A program made the position numbers and the translations under genes. From positions 28,595 to 92,594 of the forward strand of contig JAUCBJ010008877.1 in assembly GCA_032718475.1 (NCBI GenBank): DNA of 64,000 bases. The letters run 5' to 3'. This DNA is from Nemertoderma westbladi. Its lineage: Eukaryota; Animalia; Xenacoelomorpha. Shown here piece after piece: positions 47,877 through 61,307 of this stretch. Every line of letters starts with the position of its first letter. The first letter of the stretch is position 1. Under the pieces are notes generated by a model. That model was given only the letters and a program-made list of their open reading frames with translations. It was not told where the DNA came from and ran no database searches.

Positions 47877-50623
47877 GATGATGATGATCGGCTTGCACTA
47901 GGGTGCAGTGCCGGCGGCCCCAGAAACATAGCGCCCCCAGATCTTGCGGTCAGCCATACAATTTCCTAATTCATTCCTGTTCTAAGGTCCTGTGTCCTTG
48001 AGCAGGCGTTTGAGGAAAGTCATTGGCTGTCCACCACGTCTATTCTCGCCAGCAGGCTGCCACAGCACAAGGTTGTGTACAGGTTGATCCTGCCGGCGGA
48101 AACAGTGCCCAGCAAGCATTAGACGGCGTTTCTGCAGGGTGATGCTAGGTCTTGGCAATGAGATGTTACCATATTTATATAACACCTCATTGCTTATGTG
48201 TGCATCATATGCTATGTTGTGCACCCGGCGAAGCATCCTGGTGTATGTGCCATCCAAGGACCTGGTGTCTTCAGCAGTTAGAGCCCAGCATGGGCTGCCA
48301 TAGAGCAGCACAGGCTCCACTGCTGCACAGAAAAGGCGTACCTTTAAAGAGCATGAGATGTCAGAGCTCTTCCAGATCCTGGATAGCTTGTGGATGGCGG
48401 ACCAGGCTTTCCCTTTGCGAATTCGGAGATCTTCAGCGGACCTCCGAACTCATGATCCAAGGTAGCAGAAGTCGTTCACATGACTTACCAGTCCATCCAG
48501 CGATTGAATGTTATTCTGATCAATTTTCTGCTGATCTGAATCCATGTTTACTGTCAACATTTTGGTCTTTGTGCTATTCACAAAGAGGCCAACACTAGAT
48601 GCAGCCTCCTCTAAGCTAGATAGCAGCTTCTGTGCTCCTTCTAATGTCTCTTACAGTAAACCAAGGTCATCTGCAAAGTCAAGGTCGGTTAGATGTTCTG
48701 CTGGGAAACCACATCTACGGCTACCTGATGGTGGAGATATTTCCACCCCATCAGCTTCATGAAGATCGAGTGATGTCCGCAGCACATAGTCCACCACAAT
48801 AATGAAGAGGAACGGGGCTAATGTGTCTCCTTGAAGGACACCCCAGAGAACCTCAAATGGGTCTGTGTCTCCATCAGTAGTGGATACAAAGGTCGTGGAA
48901 CCGTCATATACTGATCTGATTGCATTAATGATCTCATTGGGGATCCCATATGCCTGAAGAATTTGGAACATGCGTGGGCGTGACACGGAATCGAAGGCCT
49001 TGAAGAAATCCACAAATATGACAGCCAAATGTCTGTCTTTCTTTGTAGAAACCTCTTCAATAATCCTTCTAAGTGCCAGAATGGGTTCAAAGGTACCTCT
49101 ACCTTTTCGAAACCCATTTTGATTCCCACGCAAGAGTCTTTCTACAGGATCCCTAATGCGATTCAGCATTATTCTGTTGAATAATTTAGCTGCAATTGAG
49201 ATTAGACTAATTCTACGATATGAACCAAAATGGGAGAGGTTGCCCTTCTTTTGAACGGGTGTTAGCCGATTAGTCTTCAGTTCTTGTGGTGCAATCTTAG
49301 TGCGGTACATTTCTGCTAGGATAGGGTGGGCTAGTTGAAGACATTCTCTGATCTTAAAGACCTCGGGAGGCACATCATCAACACCAGATGCCCTATTGGT
49401 TTTAATGTCATTCGAAGCAGTTAAGACCTCTTCGAATGTTATGTCACCAATTGGGATGTCTGAGAGTATTGTGTGTGATACAGGCTTTACAGTGAAATCG
49501 TCAGTCAGTTCTCGATCATTATTTAGCAATTTCTCGAAATGAGACTTCCAGCCTGCCAAGCGGTCGGCTGGAGAATCAGCCTTCACCTTGGCAGTTGGTC
49601 GGCTTTTTCTTCCAGAGAGCAGGTTGATTGCTTGCCAGGCTTCAGCAGATTTCCTGCTTTTGTCAGCAGCATTGATAGTATCAACCTGCTTGCTGATAAG
49701 CTTTGCGTTATTAATCGAGTATTGCTTGTTTAGAGATTTCACTGAAGCTTTCACTGCATTTTTTGCAGAAGTTGTACGTCGGCTACGATACTCTCTTTGG
49801 GCTTTGTTCAATGCCTCTCGCAGGTCTAGAATGCGCTGGTCTGCCCAGGGGATCTTCTTCAACTTCCGTGGCTTTAGAGGAACAGTTTTCTTTGCAGCTG
49901 ACTTAACTGCTGCAGCAAACTGGGTATATTTCTCACAGTGGTTCATTTCTTCATTTATGAGACTGGAATATCTATTGTAACCTCAATTGTAAAGTTATCC
50001 TTTATAATGGGGTTTTTATCCAAGGTAGACCAGTCATGATGTAGGGTGGACTTTTTAAGACCCTTGTTTGCACGAAGGCTTAATTTGGTCTTTCCCATAA
50101 CCAATCGATGGTCAGTCTGAAATGTCCGCACTGTGAGAGAAGAGCAGTCAATTATTGATCCTCTGTATTTCTTACGGAAGATGAGGTGGTCTATCTGGGA
50201 CTTATAACCACTGGGTCCCACATGGGTGTACAGCTTTCCAGGTCGTTTTTGGAAATTTGTATTGGCCGAAAACAGCTCATTTGCCAGAAGAAAATCTTGC
50301 AAATGACCTGAATTTCGGTTTACAGTGTCACTATAAACCCATGGGTTAGAAGAGGATCTTGGTAAGCTGGCATTGAAGTCGCCAAGGATAGTGAGAAAGG
50401 CATGCTTGTCTATACAGTCAGTAGCTGCTTGCAGCTGGTTATAGAATGTGTCTACATCAGCTATATCAGCAGTACTAGTTGGAGAATAGCATACCATAAT
50501 CACAACCTTGGGGAACTTTTTTGCCATCTTACCAGCGCAAGTGAAGTGGTAGCAAATTATACGGGGGGAAATGGATTCTACCTTGTCTGGTGCTGCCTTG
50601 TCTAGTCTACCTTGTCTCGTCTA
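47877..50623 (-). mobile_element. 5'-truncated RTE-like non-LTR retrotransposon (APE endonuclease + RT) inserted in copy-2 pol
   Basis: APE motifs VCYSPT, LGDFNA, SQIDH, TDH; RT motifs QNGFRKGR, FVDFFKAFDSV, VLQGDTLAPFLF, DFADD, VLLYG; (ATC)n tail at 47877-47888; GTTT duplicated at 47873-47876 and 50624-50627, and removing the element restores FVNNRP in pol. Confidence 0.92.
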
Positions 50624-53063
50624 GTTTACAAAGCTGGGTTCTCGCCGTCGGAACGGAAGACCAATCTCATAGCGATTGTTGTCCTTCAGATAACGTGGAG
50701 TCGTTTCCTGAATCTGCTTGGCTCTCTCTTCCTCGACAGACAAGGCTTTGTCGTAGGAATTAGGCTCTACAGCTTCTTGAGTAAAGAATCATATGGCGTG
50801 TTCATCACAGATTTTGTTATTATATCGATCTATCACTTCATTTAATTCGTCATTATAGGTAAATTGTCCGCCATGTTGATTGATAAGATGGCACAGGTTG
50901 GCTTGGTTTAACCGAGTTTGGTTCTCGGTGAGGAGATCGATTGCATTTTCCTCATCATATAATTGATTGATATCGTCATTGTCTGACGAGTAAGGGGTTC
51001 CCTCAGTTGTGGTTTCTCCCTCACTGATTTCTTCTTCCCATTCACTCACCTGATGTATTCTCTCATTAGGGAGTCTTTCCATTAGGGTTCTACGGGAAGG
51101 TCCAGTAAAGTACCAACCTACTCTCGTTCTTCCCGCGTACGTTTGCAATGGTTGCGGTCGAGCAGGCCGTTTTTCTAATGTCTCAAGCGTTTCATGCGCA
51201 TTTTGGCCGATTAATATCTGCACCCCTGGGTAATCGGTGTTGAATCTAGGTAAATCATGTTGCTGGGTAAAATGGTCTTCATCCCAGTTGTAAGGTTCCA
51301 CTTGGCTAGTAGCAAAGTTCTTTATAGCCACCATTTTGACCAACCTTACACTATGTTCTCCTAGTTCATCCTGGGGAATGGACAACGCACCCACATAGTA
51401 ATCTGTGGCTACGGTGGATTTCCAAACCTGCATAATTCCTGAAAGGTTCAACTTAGTTTGGAACTTGGGTTGTCCAGCAAAGATGTCTTTGGCTAGTTTT
51501 TTTGTCAATGAAGGTGCCTGTGCTGCCGGAGTCAAGGAGGGCGTTTACTATGAGGCTCTTTCCTAGCCCATGGACTCTCAGTTGCACCACAGGGAATTCC
51601 CGGATTCCTACAGAGGAAGTTGGCGCTTTCCAAGATGGCTGTCGATCCGGAATAGTCAGTCGAGGATTTTCCGCTTCCGATTCAGTCTCGTACGTAAGTG
51701 CTCGATACACAGCGGTGTTTATCATATAACAGGATTCATTTTCGTCGGAGAATTCGTCCGTGTAGCATCCTTCCATCTCAGAACTGTGGTCAGTGTCGTT
51801 CACATCACTGAATTGGACATGTCGCTCCGGCTCACTTACCTGACTTGTGCGGGTTCTGTCAAATTCGGTGTGTAGAAAGATGTGTTGTTTCGCGCCGCAC
51901 TTAGCACACTTCGCATCTGAGTAGCAGGTTCGTCGTTGATGTCCTCGTCTGAGGCAATTATAACACACCCGCTTATCCCACATGACATCACATCTATCCT
52001 TCAGGGATTTCTTCAAGAATTCATCACACCCACTTAAGCGATGTGGCCCGTCGCACAATGCACATTTGGGCTTGATGTTAGTTACTTTAACCTGTGTTGT
52101 GTTGTGCACACTGATTCTTTCCTCGGGCTTTCTTCCATGAATTCTCTTAGGAGACGTAGGAGGAGTGGTTACCTGTTCTCTCCTGTCACTGGTTCGAGAC
52201 TTAGATTTACTTACTTCTTTCCTTATTTTATTGACATAATAAGATCTTTCGGTGTCCTTTCCGCTGTTCTCCTCGTATGAGGTTTGGCTTTTGCCATCGT
52301 CCGTATAACACACTGGTGTTACCTTTCTCCTAGAAACGGGTTTTTCACTCACCTTACTTTCCGGTGTCTTCTCTCTGGACTGCTATAGGAGCTGTAATCT
52401 TACCTCTCCATTTAAGAATGACATGAGATCAGCCATGATAGGGTCTCTTTGTTGCTGGTCCATCATATAGAGAACCTTTTTGTCCCAACGCATACCTACT
52501 CCACCCTTTGGTAAAGTAGATGCTACGGCTCCAACAACCATAGAACTCTGGTATTCTTGAGACTTACCTAACCCATCTAGCTGTCTACAGATCTCCTGAA
52601 TCTCATCGGAAAACTCTATAATCCCGCTGCTAAGACACTTTCGGTGCGCTACTAATTTCGCATATAAATACCTAGCTATGTTAGTCCTATTACCATACCT
52701 GATGTTTAGTGTATCCCAAATTTGTCTTAATCCGTCTGGATGTCCAATAAACTTTAACGCCCTTAACTTGGGAGGTCCTTCCAAGCTCTCGATGAGGAAT
52801 CTAAGTTTCTCTCCGTTGGATAGTACAGAGTTCTGTATGGTATCTTTATAATATTCATTAAATGGTAACCATTTCATCTCATCTCCATTGAACTTGACGA
52901 CCTCTCCCACCTTTACCGCTTGACGGGCTTCGGTTCTAGCCATTTGACGTGTAACACTTTCTTGAGCCATCGTATTATTTAATATTATCGGTATATAAAT
53001 TTCTCGGATTATGATCAGATCTGTATGGGATATCATTATCAACAGGTTTATAATTACCCTTAA

Positions 53064-55670
53064 CCCTATTCCACCTGGGGTTTTAGGCAGAATCTGCCCA
53101 ACACTTTTTATTTTTAGAAATTCATCATGATGATTTTTATGTATTATTATGAAATTCATTGACTTTTCCTAGAATTTAATTGGCTTTCTGATGGTAACAA
53201 AATATTTTTTTCATCATTTATACTTTTTGTGCTATGGTTTGTTTTTCATATCATAGTCACATTTTTTTATTATAATATCTTTATTAGCCTAACTGGTAGA
53301 AAAGATAATTCCTGGTTGGATAGTTCCCCTGGTCAACAAGCTAGAATACAACCAATTACGGTCCAGGACATTCACTTGGCTGGGTTGTAAAGTTAAATTC
53401 AAACACGAGATTGTCTACTGCTTGGATTAGTACACATCAATCACATTATTTTTTAATAACAAAATACTAAACTGACAGATAAGCAATAAGTCTACTAGGA
53501 TAAAACAACAACCACCATTGAAACCAGTATATTCCTAATGTAATACAGCAGACATAACAGAGGTGAATAAATCTATTCAATAACAGCACCCCTGCAAGCA
53601 AAATTTTCACTTGGGATGTCTGGCAGAGTTAGGCAGACAGTGGTGTATGGAGGAGTATGTGGGGCGAGCCACGAAGTGAGTGAGCCTTAGCGTAGTGGTA
53701 CCATTAATCAACCTGTCGTTCTGTCGTGTTCAATTTTAAACGTTAATAACTCGGCCAATCTTCGATGAAATCTATCCAAACTTGGTACACATGTTGTTTG
53801 GCAAAAGTTTAGAAATTTTCCAAGTAGAATTTCCGTGTGGCCTTCGAGAAGCTAAGATAATACCGGTAGCAGTTAATTAGTTAATTAAGTTGATTACGGT
53901 ATTTTTTTGCGGTGTTCAATTTTGAACGTTAATAACTCGATCAATCCTCGATGAAATGTAACCAAACTTGGTACACAAATAGTCTGTCAAAAGTTTAGAA
54001 ATTTTCCAAGTTGAATTTGCTTGGGGCCTTCGTGCAGCACCAGTGTAACTGTCTTACAGTTATAATAAATTTATTTATCCAAAATTATAATGCTTGACTT
54101 CAGCAGGTTGCTAGGAGACTAAATCAGCTGGGTTTCTAGCAAATTACGAAATTACAGTACTGCAGTAATACCATTGTGGCCTGTCTGCCTGTACCGGTAC
54201 AATACTCAATGTCAATCCCTGAATTAGGAATCCTGCAATCAGACAATACAGCAATACTGCAATACCATACTGCATTCGGTGTTTTATGGTACTGGCTGAC
54301 TGGTACCACGGTACCGGTGCAGTGATTATAGATCACGTATACCTGTATACTGGTAGCCTACAGGACAGGCCTAATTCTGTAGACCCTAATTAGCCATGCT
54401 GCCATGCTATGCACTGCAGTGCGGAATCCGGAGTGCTGGACTGCGGTCCTGAATTAGGTTAGAGGGTCCGTTGGTGCCGTACCGCCCTACTACTGTCAGT
54501 GTCAGACTGTAGAACCGGACTGGTAGCAACTGCCAACTACAGAACTACCGGTACGGTACCGGCAACCGGTACTGAACTACGGCAGAAAATGAATTTCTTC
54601 ATTTGCGGTTTCTATTCTTGTTAACGGTTAAATATATTAATTAAAGACTATGTATTGGTAATTGGTACGACCGACGGCACCGGCAACTGGTATAATCAGA
54701 TGTAGATGTACATACCAATCTGCCAATACAACAATAGCAATAGGCCTACCCCTACCAACCATCTATCGACTCGGCAACTGCAACAATGGAAGTTATGCGG
54801 ACTAACCAGCTGACCGGCATTCTAAGATCAGGTACCCACTACCAGAGTCTACCCAGCTGCCCAGAAAAGTGTTGGAATTGAAATCAAACAACTCACCACC
54901 AAGGCCGCCTCTGTGTGTTGACCTCGACTTTCGGTATCGCTGCCTCTACGGGCAAACTGGACTAACCGAAACCAAGGATGAAATAATCCGGTTTTTTAAT
55001 CTCACTCTGCCATCACCCAGTGCCCGGCGGTGTTGAAATTGACACGCATTGTACAAGCAGTAGGCCTATTGCTCCGAGTTTCCGGCTGGTCGGGTGCAAC
55101 TACTGCATCTACATTGCCACACTATAACTTGGGCTCATGAGGAATGAGTGCTGCGTAGACTATATTCCTATAAACCAAAACCATACCTGGCTTCGCCTAT
55201 TGAACGCATTAGAAAGATCGTCAGTCTTCGTTTAGGAAAGATATTTAAATACAAAACAGGACGAGCACAACGAGACTTATAATGAAGACGAGTATTGCGT
55301 TGACTATTATTATTATATAAACCACATGGCTTCACATATTGAACGCATCCCTTGTTATTATTATTATTATAAATATTGTTAGCCTGCATTTAAGAAATAT
55401 ATTTAAATACAAAACAGGACGAACTCAACGAGGCTTATAATGAAGACAAGTACTGCGTTTATTATATTCCTATAAACCACATGGCTTCGCATATTGAATG
55501 TGCGATTGGAAATAAGTTTGTGCTACCCTTCCGCCCCGTCAGCCCATGGGTGGTAGATGTCGCGGTTATGTATTGGTTGGTGGGAAGGGGGGGGGCAGAT
55601 TAAAAGGGCTGAACACGTACTGTCCCCCTTTCTTTGATTGATCGGACAAAAGAGCCCAGGTGGAATAGGG
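53064..55670. mobile_element. Non-autonomous piggyBac-like element (2.6 kb, TTAA TSD) inserted in copy-2 gag
   Basis: TTAA|CCCTATTCCACCTGGG ... CCCAGGTGGAATAGGG|TTAA; gag (VNPI/KGNY) is contiguous once it is removed; no transposase ORF. Confidence 0.88.
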
Positions 55671-58600
55671 TTAATAGGGTTTACTATAGGAGTTTCTACT
55701 TCACTAGCAGTATAGATGCGTGTAGGCTCCACACCTTGCGCATGAAATACTTCAGACCTAACGGGTTGACACATTGTTACAGGGGGTGGTGGTATACCCA
55801 TTTGTATATTTACTAATTTATCGCGCTCTAAAGCGATACTTTGTTGTACTTCTTGCAACTCTAACCTACTCTCTCTCACTGTTCCCTTTAACTGCTGAAC
55901 AGTCCCTTCCAATTCTCGGACCTGCTGTGAAGACCTTTGTTTATGGTCTTCCAGCTGCCCGAGCAGGCGATTCATCCCCCACCGTCCCTCGTCCACCCAT
56001 TCAACCGCTGAAACGGGAGCCGCCAACATAGTAGTGGGGTGACGCGTAGGGACGATGGGAGACAAGTCATTTATGTCTTGCTCAGCATCCAGGACCGGAA
56101 GTGGTTCCGGGGCTTGTCTACTGGGCACAGGTAGTTTAGTACTGTGCAAAGGGAATTTAGAGTTAGGTTCTGGAAGTACAGAGGTCTCTATCCCAGGAGT
56201 GGCTTCAATGACAGGCCTAATTATTTCGGGCTCGTCTACTATAGTAGGGAGTCTTTCCACTCTAATAATTTGGTCTGTGGGCTCTTGATTACTTAAATCT
56301 ACATTAGTTAGTTGCCTTCTCACCGCAGGAGGTAAAATAGGTAACTTCTGACGGTGTGGCGTTCTCCTACGTCCGCTTGAACGAGATTTATTACCTCTTC
56401 CTTCAGGACCTGTTGTATCACCCTCATCGGAGGAGGTAAATCCCTGTCTTCTGGGAGTAGATCGACTCAGCAGTTGCATCTGAGTAGCTGTTTTCTGTTT
56501 ATTTAAGTAATCTTGTTTCGCCTGAAGATTCTCCAACTCTAGTTGGGTTGTCGCCTCAGATTCCTTCCGTTATGCTTCTGCCACTGCAGCTTTTCTTTCA
56601 GCCTATGTTGCTGCCGCCGCCGCTGCCGCCTTTCTTTCTAATTCTGCCGCTGCTGCCAACTTTCGGTCTTCTATTTGTCATTTCTTTATTTGTTCTTCTT
56701 GGTCCATAGCGATGAGGATGCTTTTATCAAGTTTAACCTGCTCCACGGCTAATATTTCCGCATCTAACGAGTCCAACACAAATTTGGCTCCCTCACTATT
56801 AGGGTGAAGTCCAGCTAGCCGTCTCCTTAGCTCTTTGTCACCTATAAATCGTTGATAGTCCAACAGATAGATGTCAATAGCATCCTTCTTCTGAGGTTTC
56901 TCGGATGTAACTTCGCCCTCCACCTGAGAAAAGTTAGCGTCTGTTGATTCTCCATGGGTCATGCGCTCAGTTAGCTGAACTTTCCATTGTGTCGTTCCCT
57001 GGACTTTAAGACTCACCCGTTGGAACCAAGTCTTTACGGCCACTTGCAACGACGCGTCTTGGCTTCTCTTTGAGGCTTCCTCAAAGGCTAAAAGGATTAG
57101 TCTGATCCGTAAAATTCGTTCTCGCACTTGATAAAGCAGCTCTCCCTGCTCTTGAGGTCCTTGACTTTGTCGAAATAGGTGTTCTTCTAATCGCTCCAAA
57201 GAGCTGAAGAATCCCTGGACATATCCTGCTGCCGACCTCTTCCATACAGCTGGATCTCGGGTGTCCCTTACTATTCCCATCCTGTATAAGTCCTCACAGA
57301 CAGCTTCCGATAAGTTAAACGAGAGTCCGGGTCTGGGGAAGTTCCATTGCGTCTCGACAATAGACCTCAGTTCCTCCATCGTGTATCCCGCATAACTGTC
57401 CCTGGTCGATCGCTTATTTCTTGTCCAATCGGCTTGATGTTCCTCCACAGTGATCAATACTCTAGCGAGTACGGCCCCAGGAAGAATTAGAAGTGGATCT
57501 GGATAAACCGCTTCTGCCATCCTTGCTTTGATCTCGGGCGTCAACTCTTCAGTGTCTGAACTACTAGAGTTATCGTGCCGTTGAGAAATAAGTTCTCGGC
57601 TTGGGTGCTGCTGCTGCTTAACAGCTGCCTCTTGGTCTCGCTTAACTTGAGCCCTATTGCCTATAATAGACCTATGGTGCTTTACTAGCCTAGGGTCTGA
57701 GACTACTACTGTAGGGATGACCTTTCTTACAGTAGGTGGGGACTTGGACTTTGGTCTGACATGTTCAATACTCTTATCTGAGTCACAGATTGTTCTTTCT
57801 AGGAGACTATCTGACAGTGTTTGCTTTGTGTCAGCCATGATTGATTTTACAGTTGAATGCCTACTACTATAATGACAGTTAAAGTAAGTTTAGTTTAGGA
57901 ATTCAGTATCAACTGTAAGCCTAGTAGTTAGTTACCGATACCGTTACTCAGTGTAACGTGATATATATAATTAATATTAAAATACCGGTATACACTTATA
58001 GTATATATATATAAGTATTATTACAGACTAGGTTCAGTCACAGAATACCGGTATATAATTTCAGCCTAAATTTATATAAATAAATATAATAAGCCTACCG
58101 TAAATACCGGCAATGTCAATTATTTAATAAAAACTGAATTTCTGAATTTTAGGGTTACTTCCCTTTACTTTATTACTGATATTAAGCAGTAGTTCAACTG
58201 ATATTAAGACCTAATTGATGTATGACAGGCCTACTATTTTATAAATCTGTTTGAGTTGATTTATAAATATATATATATATACCCGTACAATTTGACAATA
58301 TTTGAAATAAATGTTATTATTTCTGGATAAGGAGTCACTACACAGAAACTGAACGCTCTCAGTGGAGTGCTACTTGTTAGACACTAATACAGATAATTCT
58401 ACTTTACTAAGTTACTTATCACTACAAATTACTTACAATTACAACAGGTTGAGATTAAAATCTCTAAATAAACAATAAACGAGTTACACATACAATTTTT
58501 TAGGGTAATTTTACAAGAAATCTACAAACCAGCCTAACAAGGAGTTAGAATTTCTGGTTCTTACTAACTGACAGGAAACTACGGTATTTGAAAACAATAA

Positions 58601-59908
58601 AGTAGTAGTAAGTAAGTTGCGTTGCCCAGATAAGGAAATACCACCGTCTGACGACTTATAGTCTTAGCTCTACTACGTTATGTACCCGGAGTGTCCTTAC
58701 CTAGAGGTTAATTACCGAAGCCAACCAGAGCTAACGTGCCTATTAACCACGTTACAACACAAATATACTGCCTATACACAAAATTACTTTCGGAAAGCAC
58801 TGTACTCTAAACCCTAAATTAGGTACAAGTACATATACAACAAATAACCAGCAGTTAAATATACTTGAACAGCCAAAAGAACCACGGTATCTGCTGGAGT
58901 GACCGGAGCACAAAATCACCAGTCTTTACCTACGCCAAGCAGCCCTGATGTAGTACCGGGGTTAATTTAACTATAACGGTATGTATAACAAGCACAATTA
59001 CTGTAGGAATAAACTTGGGGAGTTGGAGGTTGCGAATACTCGCATAGACTCTGAATAATAAATATTACGCTACCCGTGCAGACTATTCAAACAAAACGCA
59101 GACCAAATGCTGGCAGACTACTGTCAAGCCTAAATAAACTACAGTATATGCAGACTCCGAAATGGTTAGTTAGTAGGCGTTCTAACCAAGTAGTACGACT
59201 TATTCTTTCTTTACCCTACAACACTGGATGACCCCACCTTCCTAACTAGCACTTTATCGGACAGACACTCTACACACACTGCAATCGCCTCAGACCTAAC
59301 AACAGTTAGACAACAATACGGCCTACAAATTATTTATACAATCTTAGCAGGCTTACACTCCTTCTGCTCAATATTACACTTACAGATAAATAAAACTGAC
59401 AGAAATAAGTAAAATCCCAATAAAAAACCAGGGCTGCAGTCCCCGATTAAATATCAAGACCTACCGGTATATAATTATCACAATCGAAATAATACTGGGT
59501 ACCTGTAAGTACCGGTTCGGGTGTTTGGGCAGTTAGGCCTACAGCTTACCGTCCGACTGGTAAATTTGACTTTCGAAACAACAAATCTATTATTGTTCGC
59601 GTTTTTAGACCTTTACCAGTTTAACCTGCCAATTTTAGTTGTCCTCTTGTTTATAAATCGACTTTAGCCTATATCAATTACTTAGAGTACTGAAGTTACA
59701 TCAGCCGAAGCCAGTCTGTGCGCGACCTTTCACCCACGGTTTTGGGAGACTGGATTCGGATTCCTTGAGAGTTATTGCAGTGTAGACCTACTGTATTATT
59801 CGATTGATCTTTACGATATAATCTCTGACAATATATTTACTTTCGGGGAAATATTAACAGTTCCTTTAGGACGTGGCGCTTTATGTATAAAAACAGAGTT
59901 ATGACTTA

Positions 59909-60331
59909 AATTCCAGAGGTAGTTCCTTGCCCAGACCACCGGTGTAAACATACTTAAAGGATTAAAGGCGGGTAGCGGATCTGCGGGTGGCCAAAATTGA
60001 GTTTATTGCCAATATTTCGGCCCAAACATGAAATTCTGTTTGTGCTGATAGAAGCGTGCCAGTTTTTCCGTAGTCAAACAGGTACCGAGAAGGGCATTTC
60101 GCTGATCGTGCGGTAAACGTAAATTCCAGAGGTAGTTCCTTGCCCAGACCACCGGTGTAAACATACTTAAAGGATTAAAGGCGGGTAGCGGATCTGCGGG
60201 TGGCCAAAATTGAGTTTATTGCCAATATTTCGGCCCAAACATGAAATCGTAATTTCATGTTTGGGCCGAAATATTGGCAATAAACTCAATTTTGGCCACC
60301 CGCAGATCCGCTACCCGCCTTTAATCCTTTA
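59909..60331. mobile_element. Insertion made of a direct repeat plus a perfect inverted repeat (Penelope-like architecture)
   Basis: Unit of about 127 bp at 59908-60034 and 60121-60247, then its last 81 bp inverted (60252-60332); flanked by duplicated AGAGTTATGACTTA (59895-59908, 60332-60345). Confidence 0.65.
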
Positions 60332-60767
60332 AGAGTTATGACTTATACTAATCACAACTAGATGGCCAGAGTTTCGTAAATAGCGCATTCTTTAGGAGAT
60401 GCTTTATTAACCTTCACACTACTTCACACGACTTCACACTACTTCACACTAATCTGCCGACCGTCACTGAATTTGATCATATATAAGGAGGATCGCAAAT
60501 GACACATGTAGGGATTATGAAATAGCATTTAATTCATACAAAAACCACTATTATTTAAGTCGCAGTTGCTACCGGTAAACCTGTTCCTCTTACCTTCAGC
60601 AATCAAGAAGATTGGGGGTTTTATGATTATTTATCGGTATTCTCCAAATATAACAGCAATATCCATTAATATAACAACAATTAATAACAGACCGTAAAAT
60701 AATGCGGTGAACAGTCAGTATGTGTTACGTGATGCATTGGGGTTCAGTAATGAGACAGGAAGGATAA

Positions 60768-61307
60768 GGGGCCGTCCAAGTATGACGTCTGCACTTTTCC
60801 CCAAAATGTTGACCCCCTCCCTCCCCTAAATCAGATGTCATCAGATAGGCGTTGACCCCCCCCCCCCCCCCCAAATCAGATTATAAAAAAAATTTGTAAT
60901 AAACTATTATCAGCAGGATAAAGGTATTATACTGCATTGGAGGGGGGGGGGGGGGGGGGGGGGGGGGTGCACGGGGGCTGGCTGTAGTTACATAGCTTAT
61001 CTATATAGGAAGGTATAGAGTTTTAGTAGGATAGCCTATCGTTTACATACTTGTACCTGATGCGACAGCAGTTTATGAATGATAATAAACGAACATAAGC
61101 TAATAATAGGCCTATATGAACCGGGCTTCGAACAATTAAAATAGGCAAGCTATTTACTCTTCTGCTATATCTCTTCTAGCACCTATAAATGAACATGCTG
61201 ACGTCAGATTTTGGCTGACCCCCTCCCCTCCCCTCATCAGCACGTCATCAGATTTTCCCAACCCCCCTCCCCCCCTTAAAGTGCTGACGTCATACTTGGA
61301 CGGTCCC
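60768..61307. mobile_element. PIF/Harbinger (Tourist-like) MITE
   Basis: TIRs GGG(G/A)CCGTCCAAGTATGACGTC; TAA TSD at 60765-60767 and 61308-61310. Confidence 0.9.

Larger units (their letters stand above)
44855..57838 (-). pseudogene. Fragmented gag-pol of BEL/Pao copy 2
   Basis: Fragments at 56678-57838, 55672-56536, 52383-53060, 51453-52352, 50630-51535, 45972-47876 and 44855-45993 align with copy 1. Stops, frameshifts, YMDN at the RT motif, and a deletion near 45975 removing the integrase N-terminal region. Confidence 0.93.
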
